Assembly (NCBI GenBank): GCA_036785375.1
Contig: JAWMAR010000463.1
Location: 992,001-1,056,000 of the forward strand
DNA from: Leucoraja ocellata
Lineage: Eukaryota
Direction: 5' to 3'
DNA length: 64,000 nucleotides
The notes below the pieces were generated by a model. That model was not told where the DNA came from. It did not search any database and saw only the letters and a program-made list of their open reading frames with translations. Shown in pieces: positions 40,411 to 52,700 of the stretch. Every line of letters begins with the position of its first letter. The first letter of the stretch is position 1. The translations under genes and the position numbers were made by a program.

Positions 40411-40740
40411 TTGTTAACAGTGAACGAGTTACACCGCTCTGCAGTGGAGAGGTAGGCGATGCCAGGATGGGACCAGGGACGGGCTGGACAGGGTCGTTCC
40501 AATGGAGAGTGAACTGCATGGGCGACGGTTCCGGGCTGACAGCCCTCGCGGGTTTAAAGTTTAATTTTTACCCCCATTTTTCATGACGCAGAGCTTCTGA
40601 TGAAAAAAGCAATCGAAGTTGAGGTGGTTAATGGCCCGCGAAATCACACCACTGGTATTTTCCGGATGGCAAAAGATAGTTAATAAATTAGACTCGAGTT
40701 AAAAAGCAACAGTGGTTGATTGCTTCATGCCACCTTTCCC

Positions 40741-40815
40741 TATTTAAAACCCCAGCTCCCAGTCAAAGCCGGGGGACTAACGGCGAGCTAGCTGGGCGCA
40801 TCTACAAAGGCCACC
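40741..40815 (+). promoter_or_regulatory. TATA-like box and 5' UTR of SLC2A11-like gene
   Basis: TATTTAAAA at 40741-40749, 75 nt upstream of a perfect Kozak GCCACCATG, in CpG-containing sequence. Confidence 0.6.
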
Positions 40816-40830
40816 ATGCTGAAGAAACTG
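40816..40830 (+). CDS. SLC2A11: SLC2A11-like exon 1 coding part (MLKKL)
   Basis: GCCACC-ATG CTG AAG AAA CTG|gtatgt. Phase 0 joins exon 2 (LQGRML). Resembles the recalled human GLUT11 isoform start MRALRRL|IQGRIL. Confidence 0.75.
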
Positions 40831-41951
40831 GTATGTTGCGTCCGGGGATACAACACGATCACTGCTGTTACTCCGGCCCTTCGCTGGGCGGCTCCGTCTA
40901 TCTCTTGGCTCTGCTAGCCCGGGTATGCGTGGGTAGTCACTGGTTGGCGTAACACTGGCATTCCCAGCGGCAAAGCACCGCCACTGGGGCGTGAAGGGTT
41001 TCACTGAGATCTCCAGATACCTGGTGCTTATGAATGTGGCATTTGTCTCAAGTATCTAACCCGTGGTGTACCGACCCAGAGGAAGTTTGATGGGATGGAG
41101 CTTCCCTCCCCACTCCCACCCCCACCCCCCACTCCCCCCCCCCCCCCCCCATGTCTCCTCAGTCTAACCTGTGCTGCAATCTTCCCTGAGAGAGGACGAC
41201 AGGTGAGTGTGGAGAGAGCTCTACGCTTTACGGACAATCAGTTTAAGATGAAGCGGAATGGTTGTGGGTGTTTGGTGGGAGAGTTCAGAGTGAGTGAGTG
41301 AGTGAGGTTTATCGGCTGTTCACAGCGCCGTACCTTCACCAGGGCTGCCATGGGGCAATGATCGCCGCTCCGAGAGATTCACTGTAAAAGGCAGGTGACC
41401 CATCTGTGTCGGGTAGATTCAAAATCCCGGCGATCAGAGGTACAGAACACAAACCAGCGCCAGCAGTGGGGAACAGCCGGACTCCCAACGGTTTGGTTGA
41501 TGTGGACTTCTGAGATCCCTCTCGCAGACACTGGCTGCTGCTGTCAATTGTTGATCGCCAAACAAGACACTCAGCGCAGAGAGGACCAAACGTTTGCAGA
41601 TTAAAGAGGCACGGCGACGCCTGTTAAGGAAGTTTGGTGCTGAAAAAAATGTGGCCGAATAACTCGTGTTAGCCCTCTGCTTTCTCGGAACAAGCTCCGC
41701 CGCCAGGATTTAACCCCGGTGCCCTGACGCCCGCAATCAGTGCCCGTCCCAGGATGTGGGGTCGCTGGAAGTCCGGGTTACCCAGGCGATGCAGCCGCCA
41801 GCATGTAGCCGCATGGACCGGTCAGCCAAAGAACCACTGGCACTTGCTCAATAAAATCCATCGTCTCGCATTCCAGTTGCGAGCTGAGTGAATGGCAATA
41901 TTACTGGAGATGGGGGTTGGAACTGTTGGATGACACCCAGCGCTGAATGTG

Positions 41952-42272
41952 GAGCGTAACAGTGGCGTATTTGGTAGAGTCGCTGCCTCACAGCGCCAGA
42001 AACCCGGGTTCGATTCTGCCCTCCGGCTGCTGTCTGTGTGGAGTGCGCACGTTCTCCCTGTGACCCGCGTAAGTTTCCTCCGGGGGCTCCGGTTTCCTTC
42101 CACACCCCAAAGACGTGCTGCTTTGTAGATGAATTGGCCTCTGTAATATGCCCAGAGTGTATAGGGACTGGATGCGAAAGAGGAATAACATATAACTAGT
42201 GTAAACGGGCGATCAATGGTTGGCATGGACTCGGTGGGCCGAAGGACCTTTTCCCAAACTGTATCTCCTGAA
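41952..42272 (+). mobile_element. HE1-type V-SINE, well preserved
   Basis: A box, B box GGGTTCGATTC, V-domain and tail GGGCCGAAGGACC...CTGTATCTC. Confidence 0.85.
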
Positions 42273-42683
42273 CAATGTCGTATATTTCGAACCTAATCGA
42301 AGCGCAAAATTGATCTGAATATACCCGACGAATATGTTATTTTCTCTCCACAGATGCTGACCAAGCAGCTGATTTTTCCAGCATTTTCTGTTTATATTAC
42401 AGATTTCCAGCTCCTTAAACCTGATTATTTTCACAATGCTCTTCCGATCCATCATTATGTCAGAATAAACTAAATGTGCGTTGGTTTCTTCTGTGAAATA
42501 TCACACTTTATGCTGGAACAGAGGCCAGACATTCAACGTTGAGTAAACATTCCCAGAGCATTCTCGAACAAGTTCTTAACGAAACGGGATGAGGTGTCTC
42601 CAAGCCTTGGTCTAAACAAACGTGTCTTTTGTACGAGGATGTCTACTTACGGGATTTAAAAACCAGGGCCCAATAATATAATG

Positions 42684-42839
42684 TGTTTAAGAGGGAACTG
42701 CGGATGCTGGAAAATCGAAGGTACACAAAAATGTTGGAGAAACTCAGCGGGTGCAGCAGCATCTATGGAGCGAAGGAAATAGGCAACGTTTCGCTCCATA
42801 GATACTGCTGCACCCGCCTCGAGCATTTTTGTGTACCCA
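42684..42839. mobile_element. Internally deleted palindromic copy of the same element
   Basis: Inverted arms. 13-bp duplication CAATAATATAATG at 42671-42683 and 42840-42852. Confidence 0.8.
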
Positions 42840-43702
42840 CAATAATATAATGGAAAGTACACCACCTCGTGCCGGCTTTCTACGCTAAAGCTATTTGCCT
42901 GCATTCTCTACCCTGTCTAAACCTGTCCGGACGTACGTTGAATGTTGTAATTGCACCGACCTCCTCTGGCAGCTTCCCTCCCCCCTGATAATCGACATCC
43001 TCTGCAGTAAGAACTTACCCATCAATCTCTTTTAAATCTTCCCCTCTCAACTTAAACCTATGCCCTCTAGGTCTAGATTCCCTTGCCCTGAGAAAAGAGA
43101 TTATAACTATATAGCATACCCATGCCATTTGTAATTTAAAAACCTATATAACTGAGTTGGGTGATCAGCCATGATCATATTGAATGGCGGTGCAGGCTCG
43201 AAGGGCTGAATGGCCTACTCCTGCACCTATTTTCTATGTTTATATGTTACCTACATCCTCCAAATCTCCTTAGAACTACAGCCCTCCGTTGGAAACAGCA
43301 GCCCCGCGAACTCTTCTGCACTCTCACTAGTGTTACCATGTCTTTTCTCCAGCGTACCAACCAGAACGATACACAATACACCGAGTGCGGTCTATCTAAT
43401 GTTTTGTAAAATCAACTTGACATCCCGACCCTTCCACTAGGTACTTCGGCCCATACAGGCAAGTAAACCAAATGCTTTTTTTACTACCCTACCCACCTGG
43501 TGTCGCCACTTTCAGGGAGTTTTGGACTTGCATCCATAGTCTCTCTGTACATCAGCGCCCCTGAAGTCCCTGTCATTTACTCAACAGGTCCCATCAGAAC
43601 CTGCCTTCCCAAAGTGCTATACAGTATATTTCAGCGGACACCCGGAAATCTAAGCATCTTCCATGTTTGAGTGAAATCAGGAGCGGCTCTGAATTAGCCG
43701 GA

Positions 43703-43789
43703 GGTACACAAAAAAGCTGGAGAAACTCAGCGGGTGCAGCAGCATCTATGGAGCGAAGGAAATAGGCAACGTTTCGGGCCGAAACTTTT
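43703..43789 (-). mobile_element. Half copy of the same element
   Basis: 9-bp duplication TTAGCCGGA at 43694-43702 and 43790-43798. Confidence 0.75.
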
Positions 43790-44332
43790 TTAGCCGGATT
43801 TAGTTTTAATTTCGAAAATCTCCAAATCAGAAAACAGTCTACTTGGACTTTAGTCGTTTCAAATCCTTCATCATCATTCCCTATGTTTCAAATCCCTCGT
43901 TTAGATCATCATTCAAAGGAATAAAAGCTCCATTGTGTTGCTATTGGTAGAAATAATAACAACGATAATTCTCAGATAAGCAAAATCTTATCTTAGAATT
44001 AATAAATGATATTACTTGTATTAGTATAATCCATTAACATAATTAATCCCTTATAATGATATACTTCGAATTATAAGTAATACGTATCTTGGTGTATGTT
44101 ATACGTACACGATACTTAAAGGTAGGCATAAACATAAACATGCGTATCGATGTATATAGAAAACACTTTGTCCTTTTTCGGTCGGAAGTACACGGTTTCT
44201 CAGCTACCCGCCCCGAGGTTGGCCGCAGCTCTTATACCTGCCCCCCGCGCCTGATATTTTGTTGGACCTTGCCAGTGAGAAGAGTTGAACCTGTGTCAGA
44301 GCTCTCTCTCATCCATTCTGTTCACACTGCAG

Positions 44333-44431
44333 CTTCAGGGACGAATGCTTCTCGCACTGATCCTGGTGACCGGCATTGGGGGTGGCTTCCAATATGGATT
44401 CAACATGTCGTCTATCAATGCGCCTTCAGCG
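44333..44431 (+). CDS. SLC2A11: SLC2A11-like exon 2 (TM1)
   Basis: ctgcag|...GCG|gtaagt. Encodes LQGRMLLALILVTGIGGGFQYGFNMSSINAPSA. Confidence 0.93.
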
Positions 44432-45378
44432 GTAAGTGGCTCCCGCTTGTAGCCAATGAGCAGATTAAATATATCGTCGGGATTTCACTAAGAACCACAT
44501 GGACGGCGTTAGGGATTTGAATGGGACAGTGGATTAAGACAAAGCGCCCCCATACACTGAGTCTAGGGAGAAACAAAAACAGCCCAAGCGGGTAATCTAA
44601 TACAGAAGCTTTAGGTCCCACACCACCAGGTTTGGGAATGGCTACATTCCTACAACTATCAGGTTCTTGGACCAACCTGCACAACCTTAAGGTAGACACA
44701 AAATGCTGGAGTAACTCAGCGGGTCAGGCAGCGTCTCTGGAGAGAAGGAATGGGTGACGTTTCGGGTCGAGACCCTCCTTCAGACTGGTTCTGGAAGAGT
44801 GGTCCTACATCACAACAGTGGCTACAATTCAAAAGGAGTCCACTCGCGGTAGAGTTGTTGTAAAGAGCTTGGGGACCGCAAGTCGTGAAGGAGACCCCAT
44901 GATTATTAACTTGTCCCCTCTTCACGTGCACCTGCAATATTTCCCTGAGCAAGATTTAAAAAAAATCAGCCAACTCCCACAGTTTGATCCATCCCACTCG
45001 TACAGGGAATGCTCCCGGGAGAGCAAAAGCTGAGGTTTATTCCGCTGATGCCCCCCCCTTCAGGGCAATTAACGAAATTCCAATCGGTTGACGAGACGGG
45101 GTCGAGAATACCACAGACAGGGCGATGTGAGGGAAAAGTGTCTCTGGTGAAACCTGGTGTTAATATTTTACCAGGAGACGCCGCACAGAGACAGAGGAGG
45201 GAAGGGGAACCAGATTCTCTGTCTCCACAGGGTTGAAGAAGGCGGCTCACCAGCACCTTGAGGGCTTTCAGGGTTGGGATTAAATGATGGACAAAAACAG
45301 AAATGCGCGTCTTCTTTGCTATTTTATGCCCAGATTGCTAATGTAAGGTTGTTTTATTTAATTACAATTGTGACGCAG

Positions 45379-45539
45379 TTCATTAAGGAATTCATCGCTG
45401 AGACGTGGTTCCAACGCTTTGACAAATCTGTGGACGGAACCACAGTGAAACTGCTCTGGTATGTAATCGTCTCAATTTATCCAATCGGAGGACTGCTTGG
45501 AGCCTTAAACGCCGGCCATCTCTCTGTCAAGTATGGGAG
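45379..45539 (+). CDS. SLC2A11: SLC2A11-like exon 3 (TM2)
   Basis: acgcag|...AG|gtaagg. Encodes FIKEFIAETWFQRF...LLWYVIVSIYPIGGLLGALNAGHLSVKYGR. Confidence 0.95.
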
Positions 45540-45861
45540 GTAAGGATTTGGTTGAAAATAGTGAGTACATATAATTTAATTGTTGTTGTCTTCCTGACCC
45601 AGGGTATTTGTTATCCCAGAGCCACTCACCGGGATGCAGGGTAGTGGGGCGGGGATTTAATCCAGGTGCCCCAATGGCCACAACTGCACAAATTGGGCAT
45701 CTTGCATTTACAAATGTGCAACGAAGTTCTTACTGCAGCAGCCTCCGTGGCAGGTCATTATCAGTAGACTAAGCACGCACGTCATCCCATCCTCGCCAGT
45801 AACCGCAGATGAATACGTGACTTTGCCCCCATTTAGTGGCACCAATGCATTTCTGTTCCAG

Positions 45862-45986
45862 GAAGAACGCTTTGCTCTTCAACAACATTGTGGCCATCAC
45901 AGCTGCAATTATCATGATGTTCAGCAAGAGGGTGCAGTCGTTTGAAATGATTCTGGTGGGGCGGCTCCTGTACGGGATCAATGCAG
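45862..45986 (+). CDS. SLC2A11: SLC2A11-like exon 4 (TM3-4)
   Basis: ttccag|...GCAG|gtacct. Encodes KNALLFNNIVAITAAIIMMFSKRVQSFEMILVGRLLYGINA. Confidence 0.95.
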
Positions 45987-46339
45987 GTACCTGTCCTTCT
46001 GCCTTGGTTCAAGATGTGGTTTGTTGGTTTTGAGCACACCTCTCATCCTGAGGTTAGCGACCACGCGAACACGTGAAAGACGCTCGTGCATTCAACCCGA
46101 GTAATTATTGGGTGCTGAAACCAGCAACGTTATGGAGCTCCAGCGTTTCTTTGACCTCATTTATAAGATGGGTTTGGCCTCCAGCCTCAACCAGCAATGT
46201 TTGACCAACCAACGCCATCGGAACTGAGCGTTTGGGAAACTTTGGATTCTGTCCACATAGTTTCACATGTAGCTGTCCGTGGTGCTGAAGCGCCGCTGGC
46301 CGTGACGTTCACATTAATGCCGCGAGTGCATTTGTGCAG

Positions 46340-47600
46340 TGTATGTCATTGTTGAAAGTATTCCCAATTGCTGAAACGTTGGGTGATATAATATTGTATG
46401 GTTTACTAATAACTTTAATGTTGACTGGTTTACTCACATGGTATGAACGTTGTGAGTTTTACTGAGAGCTGAATGTGTGGATTTCGTTTTCTGCGTTGTC
46501 ACATGTGTCACTAATGATAGCATTGCCAGGTATTGCTACAATGTTGGCTGAAATGTAGATTGAGTTTCTGAAGTGTGGCGCGTTGGTGGGTAACTGGCGT
46601 TGCATGGGGTCAGTACTGTTGGTTATTCCAGGCGACAACGCTGGGCCCGTTTCAATTGGAAACAAACCGGGTGTGCTCTTGGTGGATGCATTGGTGGATA
46701 GATTGATTAATGATGGCTTTAATGTTGGGTATACTACGGATGTGTGTGATACTCAGCATGTTATTGATCTCTGTTATATCAGTTGTTATTTGTGGCTAGA
46801 TTTATGCGAATTCTACACGTGGCTGATCTGATGTGTATGTTATTAGAAGCTGTAATATTGGATGTGAAGACGAAATACCAGATATGGTATTAATGACGGT
46901 AATGCTAAGTATGGCCACGGAAACTGTAATATTGGGGTATTACTGATGCCGGCAACGTTTGGTGTATTCCTGTTGGCTGGAATGTTGGGTGTGTCGCTGA
47001 AGGTGTTCATGTTTTTTGGGTTACTGATGCCTTCAATGCCAAATTATTTATTCCTTGTGTAACGTCGGTTGAATCCCCAGTAACTGTAATACAGTTCGTG
47101 TTGTTATTAGCTGTAATCACTTGTGTATTACTGAAGATTGTGATATTGGGTAGTTGTAACATTGGATATGTTAACGATTGATTTTATGTTCGATGTATTC
47201 CCGAAGGCAACTTTGTACTGAGAAATAATGATGATTTAATGTTTGTGGATTAGCTTTGGTGTAATGTTGCATGTTTTTACAGGTGGTAGCAGTGGTATCG
47301 GCGTTACTCGTGGTCTTCATAATGGGTGTACTTCCGAGAATGGGTTACAATGTATCCCAATGGAATACATTGAGTATGTTACTGATGACACCGTGTTGCC
47401 AATGGAAGTAACATTGGCTGTGTAGTCGACGTCTGTAATGTTCGGAGTTTATTAATCATTGCTTTTGATGTTGACTATGTAATCGGTACCTGTAAAGGTA
47501 GGGGGTTATGATTGCCTGTAGTACTGGGTGGATTACTGATGGATTATTGAACGGTGTTTCCGATTAGTGGGTGTAATTGATGGCCTTACAGTTTGATCTT
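46340..47600. repeat. Highly diverged 27-bp-period minisatellite in SLC2A11 intron 4
   Basis: Consecutive 27-mers such as GTATTACTGATGCCGGCAACGTTTGGT / GTATTCCTGTTGGCTGGAATGTTGGGT / GTGTCGCTGAAGGTGTTCATGTTTTTT. Boundaries approximate. Confidence 0.7.
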
Positions 47601-47759
47601 CCAGTGATCTCTATATATCAAGGTTGAATTTCCATTAGTAAAGTAGACACAATGTGGCTAGACAACACTCACAGAACGATTGCTTTAGAATGCTTCATAG
47701 AGATGACCCTGCAGCGAGGGACTTTGCCTTGATCATCGCATGTTTTCTGCTATTTGAAG

Positions 47760-47889
47760 GCATTGGTCTCAACGTCCACAGTATGTACCTCGGGGAAAGT
47801 GCGCCGAAGGAGCTGCGAGGCCTCGTGTCCCTGACCCGAGCAATGTTCGTCGCTTTCGGTAAATTCGTTGGACAAGTGATTGGACTCAG
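47760..47889 (+). CDS. SLC2A11: SLC2A11-like exon 5 (TM4-5)
   Basis: tttgaag|...CAG|gtaaac. Encodes GIGLNVHSMYLGESAPKELRGLVSLTRAMFVAFGKFVGQVIGLR. Confidence 0.95.
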
Positions 47890-48827
47890 GTAAACCTCTT
47901 AGTTTTTGTTCTTGCAAATCTCAATCAGCATTTATCTTTCGTCTGGTACCAAGGCAACCCCATGGTTGACAGACAGCTACTGGGGTCCCGGAGCGAGTGA
48001 GCCACAGTTTTATGTGAGAGTGAAATGGAATGTAGACACAGCGCCCATGACTACCTTGATCTCCTGAAGGTGTCTCATGTTTGCGAGCATATTCTCCACA
48101 TAGTGCAAACTGCAAGTGGCATCCTTTGATGTATTCAAGAGAGAGTTCGATATAGCTCTTAGGGCCAACAGAATCAAGGGATATGGGGAGAAAGCAGGAA
48201 CGGGGTACTGATTTTTAACTGATTTGCCATTATCATATTGAATGGCGGTGCTGGCTCGAATGGCCAAATGGCCTCCTCCTGTACACATTGTCTATGTTTC
48301 TACCCTGAGAGACGTCGTGGGAGTACAATAATAAAACATTGACCTCGATCTAAAGAAGGAAATGTTAGTACAGACATCTAGGTAATGGTCAAAAGGTAGA
48401 CGTTATCGGTCAACATTAAAGAGGACAAATCGATGGAGAGGCTGTGGAAGAAATGTTGTAGATTGTGGTTCAGAGGACTGTGCTAATTCCGCAATGTCAT
48501 GAATCACCAACGAGCCCCTCGGATTCCTAACAAATCTTTTCCCCTTCACCTTGAACCTATGTCCTCTGGTCCTCGATTCCACTACTCTGGGCAAAAGACT
48601 CTGTGCATCTACCCGATCATGGTTTTGTACACCTCTATAAGATTTCCCCTCATCCTCCTGCGCTCCATGGAATAGAGACCAGCCTACCAAACCACGTCCT
48701 GTAGCTCACACCCTCTAGTCCTGGCAACATCTAACCCTCTCAAGCTTGACAATATCTTTCCTATAACAATGTGCCCAGAACTGAACATAATATTCTAAAT
48801 GCGGACTCACCAACGTCTTATACAACT

Positions 48828-49477
48828 TATGCAGAATGATCTGCGTTGGAATGGTCAGACTCATGCAACGGTGAAAGACACAGGTGTCCTAAACTTTCTG
48901 AGGTGCAACTTTCATCATTGTTCAACTTCTGTCAAGGAGAAGCTATACTTCACCCTCGTTAGACCTCATTTGGACTACGTAGTTGCAGCATGGGACCCAT
49001 ACCCAAATAAAGACATTTCTTCCATCGAACGTGTGTCCAAAGACAGGCAGCTCGATTTGTTACTAACATCTATGAGAGAGAAGCGAGTGTCACAAAACTT
49101 CTGAATTCTCTGGGGTGGAACCCTCTCCAAGACAGACGTGAAGCTCACCGTTTGACCTGGTTTTACAAAATGTTAAATGGTCAGCTCGACATAGACTACA
49201 AGACCTACACCAAACCCAAACCAATTAGGAGCAGATGAGGGCATTTGATCCAATTTGTGATCCCAGCTATAAAGACAGATGTGTACAGCAATTCGTTCTT
49301 CCCCCGCACAATTAAAGCATGGAATAATCTCCACTCAACTTTAGTTACCCAACCAGATGCAACTAAATTTAAAATAACTCTTCCCAATAACCCTTTCTGG
49401 CTTAAGCCCTCCCTTCACCACCTCCAGTTTAAATTCCATTTGGAATATTTTGGAGGACCAAGAAACCAAGAACCAAG
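48828..49477 (+). mobile_element. Young 5'-truncated CR1-group LINE nested in an older reverse CR1
   Basis: Encodes KEKLYFTLVRPHLDYVVAAWDPY...NSFFPRTIKAWNNL. (CCAAGAA)n tail. The host sequence resumes after a duplicated AACT. Confidence 0.85.
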
Positions 49478-49806
49478 AACTGCAACACGACCTCCCGACT
49501 TCTATAATCAATACTCTGACTGTTTCGCCGGAACTTCAACTTGCATCTAAATTAGATAAGTTGAAAGCAGTGTGTGTGTGTTTTTTTTTTAAATATTTGT
49601 TTGGAGAGTGTTACTTTCTACTTTACTGGTTTTAGATATTTGTTAAATTTAGATGTAAATGAAAAATAGTTAAGTGCATTGTCAATAAAAGTTAATGTTG
49701 CAATGACTATGTCTTCCAGTAGTACTGATTGGATGACTCTGGTCCATGTTGGTTACTGCCATTGACGTCTCTTGTCTGTTGCATGCTCACACTTGACCTT
49801 CCACAG

Positions 49807-49955
49807 GGAGATTTTGGGCACAGAGACAGCTTGGCCATTGTTGTTGGCCTTCAGCGGAATCCCTGCTCTCATCCAGCTCATCCTCCTGCCCTGGTTCCCA
49901 GAGAGCCCCCGGTACTTGCTGATCGACAAGGGGAATAAAGACTTGTGTATGGACG
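49807..49955 (+). CDS. SLC2A11: SLC2A11-like exon 6 (TM6, PESPRYL motif)
   Basis: ccacag|...ACG|gtgagt. Encodes [49 protein letters not shown]. Confidence 0.96.
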
Positions 49956-50518
49956 GTGAGTAGAGGTGGAGAGGTTGTTCTCTATTGTGACTGGGGCTCT
50001 GCATGTTGCTGCTGCCAAAATAGTCAATTGGCCCGATGGCAGCAGGTTCGTTCCTGCGACCACAATACATCCACAAGGGCCAGAGAGTGAAACTTAAGAC
50101 GGGGTCAGTCAGCTCTGAACCAAGGCACTTTTTGTTTAGAACCCCCGCGAATGGCTGCGCTGCATCCATCGGGTTCTGTGGCAATCCACGCGCCCTATTG
50201 AGGAACCAGAGCAGGTCATTCACAAGACCATTATCAGATTTAAAAAATGACTCTCAAGACGCATAACGAGATATTCGGGCAGATGACCAAAGATAGGTTT
50301 TAGGGGGGTGGGAGAGAGGCAGAGTGGTTTGGGAGGAATCAGAGATGAGACATAGTCCAGAGTTGAGGACAGAACAGGGGATAGAGATGTGGAAGTAAAC
50401 GGACTGTGTAGCCGGGACTATTCAGGCTCCCCAGTATGGACATTTCCGCTGCGGCTTTCGGTTTCCCCCCCGTCCCGATTTATGAAACTTGTGTCTCCAT
50501 CGATGTGTTGCATCACAG

Positions 50519-50706
50519 CGCTCAGAAGACTATGGGGTCAGGGAGATTTCTGTGAGGAGGTTCAGGACATGGAGGCGGAACAAGCTGCAACAAAAGGCGA
50601 GCGACTGAAGACCGCCCGGGAGCTGTTCCAGGATCGCTCGGTGCGGTGGCAACTCATCACCAACATTATGCTGACTGTTGCAATGCAGCTGTGTGGCATC
50701 AATGCG
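50519..50706 (+). CDS. SLC2A11: SLC2A11-like exon 7 (cytoplasmic loop, TM7)
   Basis: tcacag|...GCG|gtgagt. Encodes ALRRLWGQGDF...RELFQDRSVRWQLITNIMLTVAMQLCGINA. Confidence 0.96.
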
Positions 50707-51473
50707 GTGAGTGGCGAAGCGAGTTATCAACCGGCATGTGCTTCATTTAATGCGGGGGTTGAAGAGCCAGGCTGAGGTAGGACACAGGCACATACATAAA
50801 TCCACACGGGCAGAGAGGCACACACAAGCACACACAAACAGAAACACACAAACAGGACATACCTTTAGAAAGGAGACGATGAGGAGTTTCTTTGCCACAG
50901 ATGAATCGATGGAATTCGTTGCCATTCATTTAATTTTAAAACAGAAATCGACAGATTAGTAAAGGTGTCGAAGGTTACGAGGACAAGGCAGAAGAATGGG
51001 ATTGAGAGGGAAATATAGAACAACCATGAATAATAGACGAAGTAGACTCGATGGACCAAATGGCCTAATTCTGTTCCTATCACCTATGAACAAGCACAGA
51101 CACATGGACAGTAGTGGTGGGAAAGTATTAATCTGGCTGGAGCTCTGTGACCAGCTGAGCTTTGCCAGCATCTGTGCTGGGACCTCTGTGGTTTGATGGT
51201 AAGTAAGTTAACCTGAATTTTTTTGTTGCGGACATTGAGGAAGGCTGACAAAGTATAGAGGGAGACATGGATTAACCACAGAAATGGGTAGAGAAATAGC
51301 AAATGGAGTTTAATCCAAGCAAGTGAGAAGTATTGCAGTTTGAGAGGTCGAATGTAAGGGGAATATACAGTTCATGGAACTGTATGTGTGACTGTGTGTG
51401 TTGTCAGTGTGACTGAGTGTGTGTTGTCTCGATGAAATGAGAATCTTGACTTTATTGACTTTCTGCCCCTTAG

Positions 51474-51584
51474 ATCTATTTCTATTCCTCTGAGGTGTTC
51501 CAGGAAGCCGGAATTCCTGACTGGACAATACCATACGTGGTGGTGGGGGCAGGTGCCACATTGCTGCTCACATCAGTGATCAGT
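51474..51584 (+). CDS. SLC2A11: SLC2A11-like exon 8 (TM8)
   Basis: ccttag|...AGT|gtaagt. Encodes IYFYSSEVFQEAGIPDWTIPYVVVGAGATLLLTSVIS. Confidence 0.94.
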
Positions 51585-51697
51585 GTAAGTACTGTGGGCA
51601 GGAGATAGGGGCCACAGTGGGTGGTGTTGGGGGCAGCTTCACACTCTCCGCTCCCCTTCCACTGAAGCATCTGAAGTCCTATTGTTGTTTTGCACAG

Positions 51698-51799
51698 GGA
51701 CTGTTCATTGAGCGAGATGGGCGAAAGGCCTTGTTGTGGAAAGGATATGGCCTAATGACTCTCTGGGCAGCCTTGCTGTGCGTCACTCTGCCCCTGCAG
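51698..51799 (+). CDS. SLC2A11: SLC2A11-like exon 9 (TM9)
   Basis: gcacag|...CAG|gtgagt. Encodes GLFIERDGRKALLWKGYGLMTLWAALLCVTLPLQ. Confidence 0.95.
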
Positions 51800-51849
51800 G
51801 TGAGTATTACCCTGTGTGCAATTCCCATTCATGGAATCTGAGAATTTAG

Positions 51850-52700
51850 AATGGTTAGAGCTCACAGAAATGGCCAATTGGCCCTTCGTGGCCATGTCAG
51901 TTCTCCATCGAAACAAGTAACTAGTTCTACCGACGTCCACCCTCCATAGCTTGGAACTATTTATTCAGTCTTTATCCACTTCCCTCTTGAAGGCCATAAT
52001 GAAACCTGTCTCCTCACATCTTCTGGCAGTGGTTCCAGATTCAAACCACATGCTGCATAAAAAAGGTTTGTGCTCATGTCACTCTTAATTCTCTTTTCCT
52101 TTGGCTTATACCCATGATAACATGTCCTTGACCTCACCACTAAAGGAACAGCCCCCACTCTCCACTCTGTCCAGACCCTTGTTGTTTTATATACTTCTAT
52201 CTATCTCTCCTCAATCTTCTCTTCAAACAACACCAGGTTCCCCTATCTACCTTTGCAACTGTAACCCCTCAATGCACAACATATTCTTATAAACCTTTTC
52301 TGGACTCTCTGTAACAGTCACATTTTTGTAAAATGTGGTATGAATTGAATTGAACACAATCTTCTATTTGAAGCTGGACCAGTGTTTTACGCAAGTTCAG
52401 CAGGAGTTCCTTGCTATTAGATTTTCTGCCTCGATTGATAAAACCCAGAGTGGTGTGCGTATATATTTGCTCAACCTGCGCTGCTACTTGCAATTACTTT
52501 TGCACACATTTCTCCCGGTCCCTCTGCTCTTACACCCCAGTTAGAATAGTATATTTTATTTTATATTGCCTCTCCCCATTCTTCCCACTAAAATGCATGA
52601 CTCACATTTCCCCACATTAATTGTAATCTTCCGTATAGGTACCCGTTCCACCAGCCAGTTAATATTCTGTTGCAGTCTACGACTGATCTCTTTGTAGTAC
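51850..52700 (-). mobile_element. Degraded CR1 LINE
   Basis: Minus ORF LGFINRG...KELLLNLRKTLVQLQIEDCVQF. Confidence 0.7.
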
